Numbered from the stretch's first letter, positions 42,570 through 52,570 are shown. The stretch is 61,285 nt of DNA from Candidatus Nomurabacteria bacterium (GCA_020847275.1 JADLCI010000006.1:1-61285), one strand, 5' to 3'. Numbers and translations are program-made. The notes: generated from the sequence alone by a model not told the origin.

Positions 42570-42922
42570 AATCTATTTTCCTAATCATCGGAGCGGTCAT
42601 TGTATCTGTGGGTGTGGTTTGGTTTGGCTTTGGAAAACAGACGCCACAAACTGATGCTGCTACCCCCTTCACTTTTGGTGGGATGATTGAGGAAGTGGAA
42701 TATTGCTGCAACGGGGTGGCGGTCACAATTGGTCCACCGAGTCCCGGCGTATTTATGTTTGACGAGACCTCGCAACTTTACTCACACTATAATATTTTCA
42801 GCCCCGGTCCCAATGTGGTTGGCTCGGCGATTCCGGGAGGAGTTTGTAAAAAACTTTTCTTTGAATGTTTTCCTTCCCCGACTTTCGGGACAATTGTCCA
42901 GGTTGGAACATCCGACCTCTAA
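42566..42922 (+). CDS. small secreted Cys-containing protein
   Basis: Signal/TM, FGG...CC.G...IGPP, G.C......C, terminal GTS; 4-nt overlap with the upstream gene. Confidence 0.75.
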   Translation: MKSIFLIIGAVIVSVGVVWFGFGKQTPQTDAATPFTFGGMIEEVEYCCNGVAVTIGPPSPGVFMFDETSQLYSHYNIFSPGPNVVGSAIPGGVCKKLFFECFPSPTFGTIVQVGTSDL

Positions 42923-43302
42923 CTGGGGTTTTTTTCCAAAACATAACGAATCGGTTTGGGTGGGGAGAAAGTTTGCGGATAAGTTGAGGGTAAGAGATTT
43001 TTTTCTATACCGACCACCATCCAGTTTTTATCTAGCCAAATTATATCAATGGGGAAGCGCATGTCCTTCATCCAGAAGGCTGGGACGGTATCTTCTGGGT
43101 AAACGAAAAGCATGCCAGAGTCCTCCGGTAAGCCCTCTCGACCAGATAAGCCTCGCGTCATTTCTTCCGGGGTTTGTGCCAACTCCAAGTCAATTTTCTT
43201 TCCGTCCAGTATTATCGTTTGTCGCGGTGGATGGTGAAAAAAGATAGCAGCGAGAATCAGTGGCACAAGAGTCGTTACCGCTAAACTTGCTCGGCGAGGC
43301 AT
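42919..43302 (-). CDS. DUF192-family protein
   Basis: ELAQTPEEMTRGLSGR, GMLFVY, FWMKDMRFPIDIIW, YVLE motifs. Confidence 0.92.
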   Translation of the reverse strand: MPRRASLAVTTLVPLILAAIFFHHPPRQTIILDGKKIDLELAQTPEEMTRGLSGREGLPEDSGMLFVYPEDTVPAFWMKDMRFPIDIIWLDKNWMVVGIEKNLLPSTYPQTFSPPKPIRYVLEKNPS

Positions 43303-44021
43303 AGCCAGTTTTCTAGAGTCAAGTTTTCTGCTCGACCTGTTTCACTGATACCACATTTTGTAAAAATTACCGGTGAAACATTTAAATGGTTGCGCAACAT
43401 CTTGCGTTTACTCCCGAATCCCCTTTTCACGATCTCGAAAAATTTTGTTTCGTCAACTTTGATGAAGTTGTCTTTGCTTATCTTCTCGATGGAAAGGATT
43501 GCCGAATGTACTTTCGGTATGGGGGTGAAACATTTTGCGAGAACTTTCTCCACATATTTTGGCTGACCGAAAGCCTTGACGGCGATTGAAAGTAAGCTCT
43601 CCTTGCCGTCTTTGGCGACAATGCGCTTCGCGACCTCGTCTTGTAGCATCAGTACCATTTTCTCTGGCTGGTTCTCCGACTCTAGAAATTGTCGCAATGC
43701 TTGTCCGGTTATGTAGTAAGGTAAGTTGGCAACCAGCTTGTATCTTTTTGGTAAATCAATTTCCAACTCCAGAATATCGCCGTGGATTAGGTTCAGTTTT
43801 TTTCCGGCGAATTTTCCTTGTAACAACTCAATCAGCCGATCGTCCTTTTCTACCGCGATTACCCTTGCGCCGGTTTCTAGTAAGAATTTAGTGAGGAAAC
43901 CTTGACCCGGACCAATCTCCAAGACTGTTTCTCCTGGCCCCAAGTTTGCCGTTGCTATAATTTGGCGCGCGACTCTTTCCGAACGCAACCAATTCTGGCC
44001 CAATGATTTTTTCGCTAGCAT
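43281..44021 (-). CDS. rsmA: 16S rRNA dimethyltransferase RsmA/KsgA
   Basis: KKSLGQNWL, LEIGPGQG, VANLPYYIT, P.PKVHSA, RAENL motifs. Confidence 0.97.
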   Translation of the reverse strand: MLAKKSLGQNWLRSERVARQIIATANLGPGETVLEIGPGQGFLTKFLLETGARVIAVEKDDRLIELLQGKFAGKKLNLIHGDILELEIDLPKRYKLVANLPYYITGQALRQFLESENQPEKMVLMLQDEVAKRIVAKDGKESLLSIAVKAFGQPKYVEKVLAKCFTPIPKVHSAILSIEKISKDNFIKVDETKFFEIVKRGFGSKRKMLRNHLNVSPVIFTKCGISETGRAENLTLENWLCLAEQV

Positions 44022-44051
44022 TTGTTCCTAGATTATACCGCAAATAGACTT

Positions 44052-45929
44052 TCAAAAATCGATAAAGCTGGTCGGTTCGTTTTCTGTTTCTAACAGCTCT
44101 GATGGAATATCACTCAGGAATTCAGAAGGCAAGGTAACTTGACGGGAACCATAAATGGTACGAAGTTGTGCGTAGGAGAGAGACAGTTTTTCTTTTGCGC
44201 GTGTGAGGGCGACGTAAAAGAGTCGCCTTTCTTCTTCGGTGTCGCGGGTTTCGTTTTCATTTTCGCGACCACGGTGGGGAAAAAGATCTTGTTCTAGTCC
44301 GATAATAAAAACGGTTTGGAATTCCAATCCTTTGGCGGCGTGAACCGTCATTAATTTCACCCCCACTTTTTTCTGGTCTTTTTCGTCCAGGCTATCTTGG
44401 TCAGAGGCTAGCGTTGCGTCGTCCAACAATTTTTCAATCCCTTGTTGAGGGGGGAAGTGGTCGTACTTTAAGGCCAGTGTCGCAAGTTCTTTGGCGTTCT
44501 CCAAACGCTCCCCTTCTTCTGGCCCACCTTCGCGCCACATTTTTGCCAGACCGGTCTGTTCGATAACTGTTCTGATTAGGTCAGAAGGTTTTTGGGCGGG
44601 TATCGCCTCGCGGATAGTTTGTAAAATTTTTCTAAACTCCGCCAATTTTGCTCTAACTTTTGTCGATAATTCAGCTTCTTGATTAGAAAATATTTTTGCC
44701 AGAGTCACCTTGCCGAGACCGCGTGGTGGTAGATTGATGGCGCGCCTTATGCTCACAACATCTTCCTCGTTTAAGGCGGCTCGAAGGTAAGACAGCACAT
44801 CTTTGATTTCTTGTCTCTCCAAGAATTTTGTTCCTAGTACCTGATAAGGGATATCAGATCGTAGCAAGGCTTCTTCGAGAACACGAGATTGGAAATTAGC
44901 ACGATAAAGTATGGCGATTTCGTTTGGATTCTTTCCTGCTCGTATTAATTCAGCGCATTTTTCTGCCACTAGTTGCGCCTCCTCTCTTTCGTCTAGGGTG
45001 ATTGTTAAGCTAATTTTTTCCCCGGCCAGATTTCTGGTGAATAACTTTTTGTCATGTCTCTCGCGATTTTGTTTTATGACCTCGTTTGCCGCTGCGAGAA
45101 TATTTTGGGTGGAACGATAATTTTCTTCTAGCAAAACAACCTTGGCTTCGGGAAAATCTTGCTCGAAACGTAGTAGGTTACGGAAGTCTGCTCCCCGCCA
45201 AGAATAAATTGATTGATCCACGTCTCCCACCACGCAGATATTTTTTCGTTCCCCCGTCAGTAGTCTAGCCAGGCGATACTGAATCGGGTTGGTGTCCTGA
45301 TATTCGTCAATGTGTAAGTAGTGCCAACGTTCTCGGTAGTGATTTAGGGTGTCTGGGTCGCGTTCCAGTAACTCTGTCGTTTTTAGTAGCAAGTCGTCGA
45401 AGTCTAGGGCCTTTTGTTTCTGAAGGTTTTCTTCATATTTTTGCCACACACTTAAAACCGTGTCGGTGAAGAATCCACTGTGGGTGTTTGCGCGATAGCT
45501 GGTCCGATTTAAGCCGTCACCCTTTGCGCGCGAGATCCCACCAAGCACTCGTCTCGGCTCCAACGATTTTGGGTCGAAACCGAGCTCCAGCAGAATTGAC
45601 TTTATCTCTCGGGAAGAGTCATCTTTGTCGAAAATGGTAAAATTTCTGTTAAGCCCCAGTTTTTGGGCGTTGTCACGTAATATGTGGACGCCAAGCGCAT
45701 GGAAGGTGCTCACGAAAACTTGTTCATTGCCCACTCTTTCCCGCAGTTCTCGTGCCGCCTTGTTGGTAAAGGTGATGGCCAAAATCCGATCTGGGGCCAC
45801 TCCTTTCGTAAGGAGATGACCTATTCTCTCGGTTATTGTTTTTGTCTTGCCGGCTCCAGCACCCGCGACAATTAAAAGCGGGCCCACTAAATGTTCGACC
45901 GCCGTTTTTTGTGCTTCATTTAGTGACAT
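44052..45929 (-). CDS. pcrA: UvrD/PcrA helicase
   Basis: AGAGAGKT, TFTNKAA, DEYQDTN, VGDVDQSIYSWRGA, LEENYRS, TVHAAKGLEF, EERRLFYVALTRA motifs. Confidence 0.95.
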   Translation of the reverse strand: MSLNEAQKTAVEHLVGPLLIVAGAGAGKTKTITERIGHLLTKGVAPDRILAITFTNKAARELRERVGNEQVFVSTFHALGVHILRDNAQKLGLNRNFTIFDKDDSSREIKSILLELGFDPKSLEPRRVLGGISRAKGDGLNRTSYRANTHSGFFTDTVLSVWQKYEENLQKQKALDFDDLLLKTTELLERDPDTLNHYRERWHYLHIDEYQDTNPIQYRLARLLTGERKNICVVGDVDQSIYSWRGADFRNLLRFEQDFPEAKVVLLEENYRSTQNILAAANEVIKQNRERHDKKLFTRNLAGEKISLTITLDEREEAQLVAEKCAELIRAGKNPNEIAILYRANFQSRVLEEALLRSDIPYQVLGTKFLERQEIKDVLSYLRAALNEEDVVSIRRAINLPPRGLGKVTLAKIFSNQEAELSTKVRAKLAEFRKILQTIREAIPAQKPSDLIRTVIEQTGLAKMWREGGPEEGERLENAKELATLALKYDHFPPQQGIEKLLDDATLASDQDSLDEKDQKKVGVKLMTVHAAKGLEFQTVFIIGLEQDLFPHRGRENENETRDTEEERRLFYVALTRAKEKLSLSYAQLRTIYGSRQVTLPSEFLSDIPSELLETENEPTSFIDF

Positions 45930-45968
45930 TTAGGCATTCTAACATATCCACAGGCGGGGCTTGTGGAG

Positions 45969-45997
45969 TTGAAATTGGGGTTATTTTGCGTTAGAAT
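45969..45997 (+). promoter_or_regulatory. sigma70 promoter of the LysM-M23 gene
   Basis: TTGAAA-17 nt-TAGAAT. Confidence 0.75.
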
Positions 45998-46081
45998 GAT
46001 GGTCACGGTTGAATTGTAGAAAACGGCTTAAAATATAGCTATTATACCGCAAAACCCCTTTATTTGGCTTAACTTAGACCT

Positions 46082-47068
46082 ATTTTACCCCAACTAAAAA
46101 GACTCCTTTTTTCTCTTGGTTTATTTCTGGCTGTAACTAGCCTTATTTTCGCTTTCGGTCACCGCACTAGTTACGCCGGTTTCTTTGGGTCTAATTCTCA
46201 AAATGTTGGTTTATCAAGCTCGCTTACCTTGACAGGTAATAACAACTATATGGGTGGTGGGGATATCACGATTAGTGGTGATGCTCTCCTCCCCGATTCT
46301 GGTGTTGTCGGTACCTCTGCTGATATTGAGGAGACACCTCAAAGTGATCAGATTAGCTTATATGTTGTACGTTCTGGTGACTCGCTTTCTGGTATTGCTA
46401 AAATGTTTAACGTTTCGGTCAATACGATTGTGTGGGCCAATGATTTACCCAGTAATGCTGTGATTAGAGAGGGTCAAACACTTACCATTCTTCCAATAAA
46501 TGGTTTAAGGCACGTTGTAACGAAGGGCGAAACAATCGCGAGTATTGCTAAGAAATTTAATGGAGATGAGAAAGAAATCGTTCAGTTCAATGATCTTGTT
46601 CCCGATGCCCCTCTGGCGATTGGTCAAGTTGTGCTAATTCCTGGTGGCGAAGAGCCGACATCAGCCAAAACTTCTAGTCCAAAATCGTCCACCCTTGTTA
46701 GGGGCGCAAGTGGCCCAAGTTATGCTGGCTACTATCTCCGACCAATCGCAGGCGGTGTGAAGACGCAGGGCTTGCACGGCTACAACGGTGTCGACTTAGC
46801 TTCGAGTGCTGGTACTGAGATTCTCGCCTCCGCTTCTGGTAAGGTGCTTGTCGCTAAGTCTGGTGGCTGGAACGGTGGTTACGGCAACTATGTGGTTATT
46901 GGGCACCCAAACGGAACTCAGACTTTGTATTCACATCTTCAGAACACAATTGTTTTCGTTGGTCAGCAGGTTGTTCAGGGCCAAGTGATCGGCTACATGG
47001 GTGCAACCGGAAAGGCGACGGGTATCCATCTCCACTTTGAGATTCGTGGCGCGAAGAATCCGTTTTAA
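46082..47068 (+). CDS. LysM(x2)-M23 peptidoglycan endopeptidase; probable ATT start
   Basis: YVVRSGDSLSGIA and HVVTKGETIASIA LysM domains; HGYNGVD, YSHL, HLHFE motifs; signal peptide encoded upstream of the track start (46229). Confidence 0.9.
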   Translation: MLPQLKRLLFSLGLFLAVTSLIFAFGHRTSYAGFFGSNSQNVGLSSSLTLTGNNNYMGGGDITISGDALLPDSGVVGTSADIEETPQSDQISLYVVRSGDSLSGIAKMFNVSVNTIVWANDLPSNAVIREGQTLTILPINGLRHVVTKGETIASIAKKFNGDEKEIVQFNDLVPDAPLAIGQVVLIPGGEEPTSAKTSSPKSSTLVRGASGPSYAGYYLRPIAGGVKTQGLHGYNGVDLASSAGTEILASASGKVLVAKSGGWNGGYGNYVVIGHPNGTQTLYSHLQNTIVFVGQQVVQGQVIGYMGATGKATGIHLHFEIRGAKNPF

Positions 47069-47080
47069 ATAATTTAGTTT

Positions 47081-48640
47081 TTAGACGCTCCGTGCCTTGG
47101 GTCGGTATTGCAGGGCCTCCAGTAAATGTTTTTCCGAGATGTTTTCGTCGCCAGCAAGGTCCGCGATGGTACGGGCAAGTTTTATAACACGATGATAGGC
47201 GCGGGCGGATAAGTCTAGATGTTTTGCTGAGTCATTAAGAAGTTTGGTGGCGGGTTCCGTGAGTGGGGCGAACTGTTTCAGCTCTTTCACGCCCAAGTCG
47301 CTATTCGTTTTTAGTTTACCGGTCGTCTTTTTAAATCTCGCTGTTTGAAGTTCTCGAGCGTGGAGCACCCGTTCTCGAACAACGGAAGAAGATTCTTCTT
47401 TCGTTGTTGTGTCTGACAGTTTCGCGTGATCTACTTGCCCGACGTCAAGCCAGAGGTCAATTCGGTCGGCAATGGGGCCGGAAATTTTTCGTTGATAACG
47501 CCAGAGTGCCGCCTGGGAACAAACGCATTCCTTGTTTTTCAATCCACGGTTACCGCAGGGACAGGGATTCATCGCGGCGATGAGGATAAAGTTGGCCGGG
47601 AAACTCATTGAACCGCGGGCGCGGGCGACGTGGATGATGTGGTCTTCTAGTGGTTGGCGGAGCGATTCAATAACCCGCTTGTCAAATTCTGGGAACTCAT
47701 CAAGGAAAAGTACTCCACGGTGTGCAAGGGTAATTTCTCCAGGTTTCGGAATATTGCCACCACCGACAAGCGAAACATAACTGGAGGTGTGGTGGGGTGA
47801 ACGAAACGGCGGATGGGTGATCAATTTTTCTCCAAGTGTTCCGGCCGAAGAATGGATACCTGTTGCTTCCAACATTGTTTCAAAATCAAGTGCGGGCAAG
47901 ACGCTGGCAAATGCTTTGGCTAGCATCGTTTTCCCTGTGCCGGGCGGGCCGCTCATCGCTAGGTTGTGGCCACCGGCGGCGGCAATTTCTAGTCCACGTT
48001 TGGCTGTGGCCTGGCCCTTAATTTCTGCTAAGTCATTTAGGTAAGCTGGTTCCTCTAATTCCACGATGGTGGTTGGGAAAGATTTGATTGTAGCTACCGG
48101 GGCGACCTTACCCTCATTGTCTGTGACCGTTGAGAGGTGGTGGACCAACTCCTTTAGTGTCCTGATGCCGTAAACAGTAAGGTCGTGAATTAACGCCGCT
48201 TCTCTGGCGTTATTAAATGGTAAGTAAATTTCTGTGAAACCTTTTTTACGTGAGTGTTCGGCGATCATTAGGGAGCCGCGTATGGGTCGGAGTGTTCCAT
48301 CCAGACCAAGTTCTCCGAGAAAAAGTTGTTTGTCTGAATCAAATTTGATTTCCCCGGACGCCTTGAGATAAGCCAGTGCGATTGCTAGATCAAAGATCGG
48401 ACCTTCCTTCTTGATATCTGCTGGAGCGAGAGAGACAATGACTTTTTTGTTGTTCTTTTGCGGCGAACGAAAACCAGAATTTTTAATCGCGGCGCTGATT
48501 CGATCACGCGCTTCCTCTACCGCTTTATCTGGTAAGCCGACGATTGAAAAAGAGTGAAGACCTTTCGCAATGTCCACTTCTATATCAATGATTTCTGGTT
48601 TCAAGCCCACAATTTGGGCCGAGTGAACTTTACCGAGCAT
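47081..48640 (-). CDS. comM: YifB/ComM-family Mg-chelatase-like AAA+ ATPase
   Basis: VGLPDKAVEEARDRI, GPPGTGKTM, PFRSPHH, GEITLAHRGVLFLDEFPEF, AMNPCPCG motifs. Confidence 0.93.
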   Translation of the reverse strand: MLGKVHSAQIVGLKPEIIDIEVDIAKGLHSFSIVGLPDKAVEEARDRISAAIKNSGFRSPQKNNKKVIVSLAPADIKKEGPIFDLAIALAYLKASGEIKFDSDKQLFLGELGLDGTLRPIRGSLMIAEHSRKKGFTEIYLPFNNAREAALIHDLTVYGIRTLKELVHHLSTVTDNEGKVAPVATIKSFPTTIVELEEPAYLNDLAEIKGQATAKRGLEIAAAGGHNLAMSGPPGTGKTMLAKAFASVLPALDFETMLEATGIHSSAGTLGEKLITHPPFRSPHHTSSYVSLVGGGNIPKPGEITLAHRGVLFLDEFPEFDKRVIESLRQPLEDHIIHVARARGSMSFPANFILIAAMNPCPCGNRGLKNKECVCSQAALWRYQRKISGPIADRIDLWLDVGQVDHAKLSDTTTKEESSSVVRERVLHARELQTARFKKTTGKLKTNSDLGVKELKQFAPLTEPATKLLNDSAKHLDLSARAYHRVIKLARTIADLAGDENISEKHLLEALQYRPKARSV

Positions 48641-48989
48641 CGATATGTGCTTTGCAAGTGCGGGCTGCTGGGTTTGTCATTAGGCGCTCTTCCTCAATTG
48701 CTTCTCCTCCTACCTCGCAAATACCGAATTTGTTGTTGGCGATTCTATCTAGCGCTTCAAGAACCTGATGTAGGCGTTCTTCCAAACCCCGCTCGATTTC
48801 TTCTCTCTCATCCATCTCCTCCAGATCATCTGCCACTTCATCGCGAAACGCCGTCTCACTGCCATCAAGCGGTTTTACTTCCCAGTCGGTCTTGTTTTGT
48901 GGGTTAATTCTGCCGACTTTACTTAGCTGACTTTCTAGGTCAGTTTTTTCAGCCGTTAGTTTTTCTTGCCAATATTTTAGATCAAACAT
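48630..48989 (-). CDS. TraR/DksA-family protein with a degenerate zinc finger
   Basis: Coiled-coil hairpin, ALDRI...FGICEVGGEAIEEERL..NPAARTCKAH. Confidence 0.88.
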   Translation of the reverse strand: MFDLKYWQEKLTAEKTDLESQLSKVGRINPQNKTDWEVKPLDGSETAFRDEVADDLEEMDEREEIERGLEERLHQVLEALDRIANNKFGICEVGGEAIEEERLMTNPAARTCKAHIDAR

Positions 48990-49012
48990 AATCTTACCCT
49001 AAGTCTAGCAGG

Positions 49013-50185
49013 CTATATTTGGTCTATCAACCGTTCAAAAACCTTTACAAAAGTACTCTCATTTCTGGTAATCAGGATTGTTTTTTCGTCTATAAAACCG
49101 TATATAAGAATGGAGTTGTCGGTTTTGTCCACTAATTCTCGCGCATCTTTATTGCGGAGCACACGGTCAACCCAGATCGATTCATTGACATTTACGCTGT
49201 CAAGAACTGGTCCCAAATCGCTTGCCATGTAACGCTCCCAATCAAACATCGCCGACCACGCTTGGTCGAAAAAACTTGTTTGAAGAATAAGAAAACTGGT
49301 TCTGGTTTCGCCATTATCGTAAACGCCGAAGAAGAAGTTATCACGTAGGTGTCTGGTGAGACCCTCTGGTAGGTTTAGTCCAAGTGACTTTTGAAAATCT
49401 CCAAATATTATGGGGGCGCCCAGTTTGGTTAGTTGGATATTAATTAATCCGTTCTGTTCGTTTTTTTGCTTTGCTGTTGTGTCAATAGTTTCGCGTGCCT
49501 GACTCACGCTTGTCAGGGCATCAAGACTAATTGGGTGAATGAAATCGGCACGCATGATGCTGTTTTCCAAAATTGGGGGTGGGGTTTCTTTTGTTGCCGT
49601 CACGGAAGTTTGCCACCATTGCCAACCGAAGTAGCCGGCCGTTCCAATGAGGATGAAGATCAAGGGCCAAATCAACCAGGTAAGACGACCGCGAGTACTG
49701 ACTAGCGTGTCCTTTCCGTTGTGTCGGTCGGATATTGTTGCAATTTTAGACAAAGATAAGCCGCGTTCTCTTACGGCGCGTGCCATATCTGTTTTTATCG
49801 TTCGGAAACCACTTAGTTTTGTCGTTGTCCCCTTCAGTTTTTCTGTTAATTCTTCTGATTGATTGATTTTGTTTCGTTGATTAACGGATTGTTCTAGTGC
49901 GTCTTCTTCTGCTTGTGCCCTTTCAGCTTTAGCTCTAGCAGAAGCTGCTTGGACTGCCGCCGTTTCCGCTGCCGCTTTTTTAATTTTTGCTTGAGCAATA
50001 TTTTGCCGAGCGATGTTTTCTGTCTCGCTTCGCTCGCGTCGTTCACGATGCTTCTCCCCTTCCATCGCGAGGATCGCTTCCCGGCGGCGTTTTTCTGCAA
50101 CCTTTTCCCGCTCGATGATTTTGTCGCCACCGAGAGCGCTCCTGGCCTCCCTCAGGCGCTCTTCTTTGGGGTCTTTTTCAGCCAT
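49013..50185 (-). CDS. coiled-coil / single-TM / extracytoplasmic-domain protein
   Basis: Charged N-terminal coiled coil, TM WLIWPLIFILIGTAGYFGW, C-domain MFDWE..M..DL...NKDAR...ILIYGFID. Confidence 0.8.
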   Translation of the reverse strand: MAEKDPKEERLREARSALGGDKIIEREKVAEKRRREAILAMEGEKHRERRERSETENIARQNIAQAKIKKAAAETAAVQAASARAKAERAQAEEDALEQSVNQRNKINQSEELTEKLKGTTTKLSGFRTIKTDMARAVRERGLSLSKIATISDRHNGKDTLVSTRGRLTWLIWPLIFILIGTAGYFGWQWWQTSVTATKETPPPILENSIMRADFIHPISLDALTSVSQARETIDTTAKQKNEQNGLINIQLTKLGAPIIFGDFQKSLGLNLPEGLTRHLRDNFFFGVYDNGETRTSFLILQTSFFDQAWSAMFDWERYMASDLGPVLDSVNVNESIWVDRVLRNKDARELVDKTDNSILIYGFIDEKTILITRNESTFVKVFERLIDQI

Positions 50186-50714
50186 TTTGCATCGTCGCTA
50201 GTTCAATTTTTAACTCCTGCAATTTTTGGTCGATTTTCTCTTCTTCATCAAGAAGAGTTCGATATTTTGCGGTATTGGCTTGGACAGTTGTTTCGATTTT
50301 CGCTAGCTTTTCTTCCTCATCCCACTTTTTTTTCTCAATCTCCTTACGTTTGTCTTGCACTTCCCAGCGCTTCTTTTCTATTATTTTTTTGTCGGCGGCT
50401 AAACCAGTTCTTGCTTCTTCGGACTCTAGACTGATTTCCTCGCTTTCGATTTTTTTTTCTTCGTCAAGAAGCGGGTTAAGTATGGTGCGCAATGCTCGTC
50501 GTTGATTGTCCAATTCAATCCAGTCTAGTTCTAGGAGTTCCTTCTCTTTATTTATCTCCGTTAATTTTTGGCGCAATGAGTCTGTTTCAGTTTGAAGCGT
50601 CTTCAAACGTTCTTCTCGGTCGTGTTTGGCTGTCCATTCGGCACCAGCCATTGCAGCTTGGGCCTCTGTCCTCTTTTCGTTTAAATTGTCTTTAGGAGTT
50701 TTGTCGTCAATCAT
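50178..50714 (-). CDS. coiled-coil protein
   Basis: E/K-rich heptads throughout; ATG 50714; overlaps the downstream gene. Confidence 0.8.
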   Translation of the reverse strand: MIDDKTPKDNLNEKRTEAQAAMAGAEWTAKHDREERLKTLQTETDSLRQKLTEINKEKELLELDWIELDNQRRALRTILNPLLDEEKKIESEEISLESEEARTGLAADKKIIEKKRWEVQDKRKEIEKKKWDEEEKLAKIETTVQANTAKYRTLLDEEEKIDQKLQELKIELATMQNG

Positions 50715-50723
50715 TACCAACCA

Positions 50724-51263
50724 TTATAACAAAGGTTTGGCGCGACGGCGATTGTTTGGCGTCAGGAGATATTTCCGCGGGTTAGACCCGAGGTCAATGA
50801 AGTCATCGGCGATTTCTTTTAGTTTACCGGAAGTGCTGCGTCCGAACGACATTACTTCCACCTGGTTTCCACTGTGGTTCTTTAGATATTCTACGAGAGG
50901 AACGAAGTCACCATCGCCTGTTGCCAGGACAATAGCATCCACTCGGGGCGCCATTTTCACTGCGTCCACCGCAAGACCAACATCCCAGTCAGCCTTCTTG
51001 GCGCCACCAGAAAAGATCTGTAAATCTTTGGTCTTGATTTCAATCCCCATCTTTTCCATTGCCTCGAAAAAGCTCTTTTCTTCACCGCTTTCTGTCGTGA
51101 CCACATAGGCGACCGCGCGTACTAAATCACGTCCAGAGACCGCCTCCTTGATGATGGCGTCGAAGTTCACTCGCGCGCCGTAGAGGTTCTTGGCGCAATG
51201 ATAGAGGTTCTGCGTATCAATGAAAACGCCGACTCTCTGACCCTTATGTTTGATTATCGCCAT
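50724..51263 (-). CDS. NYN-domain (LabA/DUF88) protein
   Basis: FIDTQNL, KKADWDVGLAVD, TGDGDFVPL motifs. Confidence 0.93.
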   Translation of the reverse strand: MAIIKHKGQRVGVFIDTQNLYHCAKNLYGARVNFDAIIKEAVSGRDLVRAVAYVVTTESGEEKSFFEAMEKMGIEIKTKDLQIFSGGAKKADWDVGLAVDAVKMAPRVDAIVLATGDGDFVPLVEYLKNHSGNQVEVMSFGRSTSGKLKEIADDFIDLGSNPRKYLLTPNNRRRAKPLL

Positions 51264-51500
51264 TTACTTCGCTTTAACTGGTTTCTGCTTGGCGAGATGC
51301 TTCTCGTGGGTGCGACGCTTGGCCACCATTTTCAAGAGACCTCGTCGGGAATGCTCATCTTTCTGGTTCTTTTTCAAATGTTTTGTTAATTCAGCAATTC
51401 GCTCATTTAAAATAGCCACTTGAACGGCCGAGGAACCGGTATCTTTTTCATGGACACGGCTTTTCTTAATTAAAACCTGTTTTTTCTTACTTTTCAGCAT
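51264..51500 (-). CDS. rpsO: 30S ribosomal protein S15
   Basis: [31 protein letters not shown] motifs. Confidence 0.97.
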   Translation of the reverse strand: MLKSKKKQVLIKKSRVHEKDTGSSAVQVAILNERIAELTKHLKKNQKDEHSRRGLLKMVAKRRTHEKHLAKQKPVKAK

Positions 51501-51596
51501 ATGCAACCAAGAATAGCATATATCAATTAAAAAAACAAGACCAGTCCTTTCATCGATCATAGTCGCACAATATTTGATATGGGTTAGAATATAGAG

Positions 51597-52475
51597 ATGT
51601 CTAGCGAGATTGAAGTTTGGCGACGGCGATTTCTAGAGCATCTGGAAATTGAAAAAGGGCGGAGTTTGAAGACGGTAGAAAATTATGACCGCTATCTCAC
51701 CGATTTTTTTACTTTTTCCAAGATCAACACGATTAAACAGATTGATGATGAACGGATCCGCGAGTGGCGCTTGGCTCTTAATCGTCGCGGACTCAAGAAA
51801 AATACGCAAAATTATCACTTGATTGCCCTACGAACCTTTCTTAAGCATCTTTCTTGGCGCGGAGTGGATTCCCTTGCCCCCAATCGCATTGAGCTTGCCA
51901 AGACCGGCGCTCGGGAGCTTGATTTAATCAGTGCTGTTGAGCTTGAGAGATTACTAAATGCGCCGAGTGACAAGGATGAAAAAGGTTTGCGAGACAAGGC
52001 TATCTTGGAACTCTTCTTCTCGACCGGCCTGCGTGTATCAGAGCTTTGCGGTCTCAACCGAGACAGTTTTGATCTGAAACAGGACGAGTTCAGTGTTCGG
52101 GGGAAGGGCGAGAAGGTTCGTCTGGTCTTTCTCTCCCCTGCCGCCCGTGGGGCGCTACAGAATTATTTAGCAAAGAGGCAGGATCTTACTGGTGAGGCTT
52201 TGTTTGTAAATAAAGACGGTGACCGACTCACTCCGCGCAGTGTGGAGCGACTGATTAAGGTCTATGCACTTAAGGCTGGAATCTCTAAGAAGGTGACACC
52301 ACACATAATTCGCCATAGTTTCGCCACGGACCTACTCCAGAACGGCGCAGATATTCGCTCGGTGCAGGCTCTCCTTGGTCATGCCAATATTGCCACGACC
52401 CAGATTTATACTCATGTTACAGACAAGCATCTCAGAGAAGTCCACAAACGCTTTCACGGCAAAGATCGTGCTTAG
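51597..52475 (+). CDS. XerC/XerD-family tyrosine recombinase
   Basis: [52 protein letters not shown] motifs. Confidence 0.95.
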   Translation: MSSEIEVWRRRFLEHLEIEKGRSLKTVENYDRYLTDFFTFSKINTIKQIDDERIREWRLALNRRGLKKNTQNYHLIALRTFLKHLSWRGVDSLAPNRIELAKTGARELDLISAVELERLLNAPSDKDEKGLRDKAILELFFSTGLRVSELCGLNRDSFDLKQDEFSVRGKGEKVRLVFLSPAARGALQNYLAKRQDLTGEALFVNKDGDRLTPRSVERLIKVYALKAGISKKVTPHIIRHSFATDLLQNGADIRSVQALLGHANIATTQIYTHVTDKHLREVHKRFHGKDRA

Positions 52476-52515
52476 GAGTGGTGGGGAACTTTGTGTTCAA
52501 GGGATACACGCCTAG

Positions 52516-52570
52516 TTATCCACAGACAGGCACTTGTCCTTGAATGTCCTTTAGATTATCATAAAGGACA
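52516..52570 (+). promoter_or_regulatory. DnaA box, promoter and overlapping 9-8-9 palindromic operator
   Basis: TTATCCACA 52516-24; TTGTCC-17 nt-TATCAT; TGTCCTTTA-GATTATCA-TAAAGGACA at 52545-70. Confidence 0.55.

Noticed and set aside
52545-52570. Canonical dif site
   Set aside because: The 9-8-9 geometry and sequence differ from 11-6-11 dif, and the site is only ~25 kb from oriC rather than at the terminus. Kept only as a candidate operator or recombination site.
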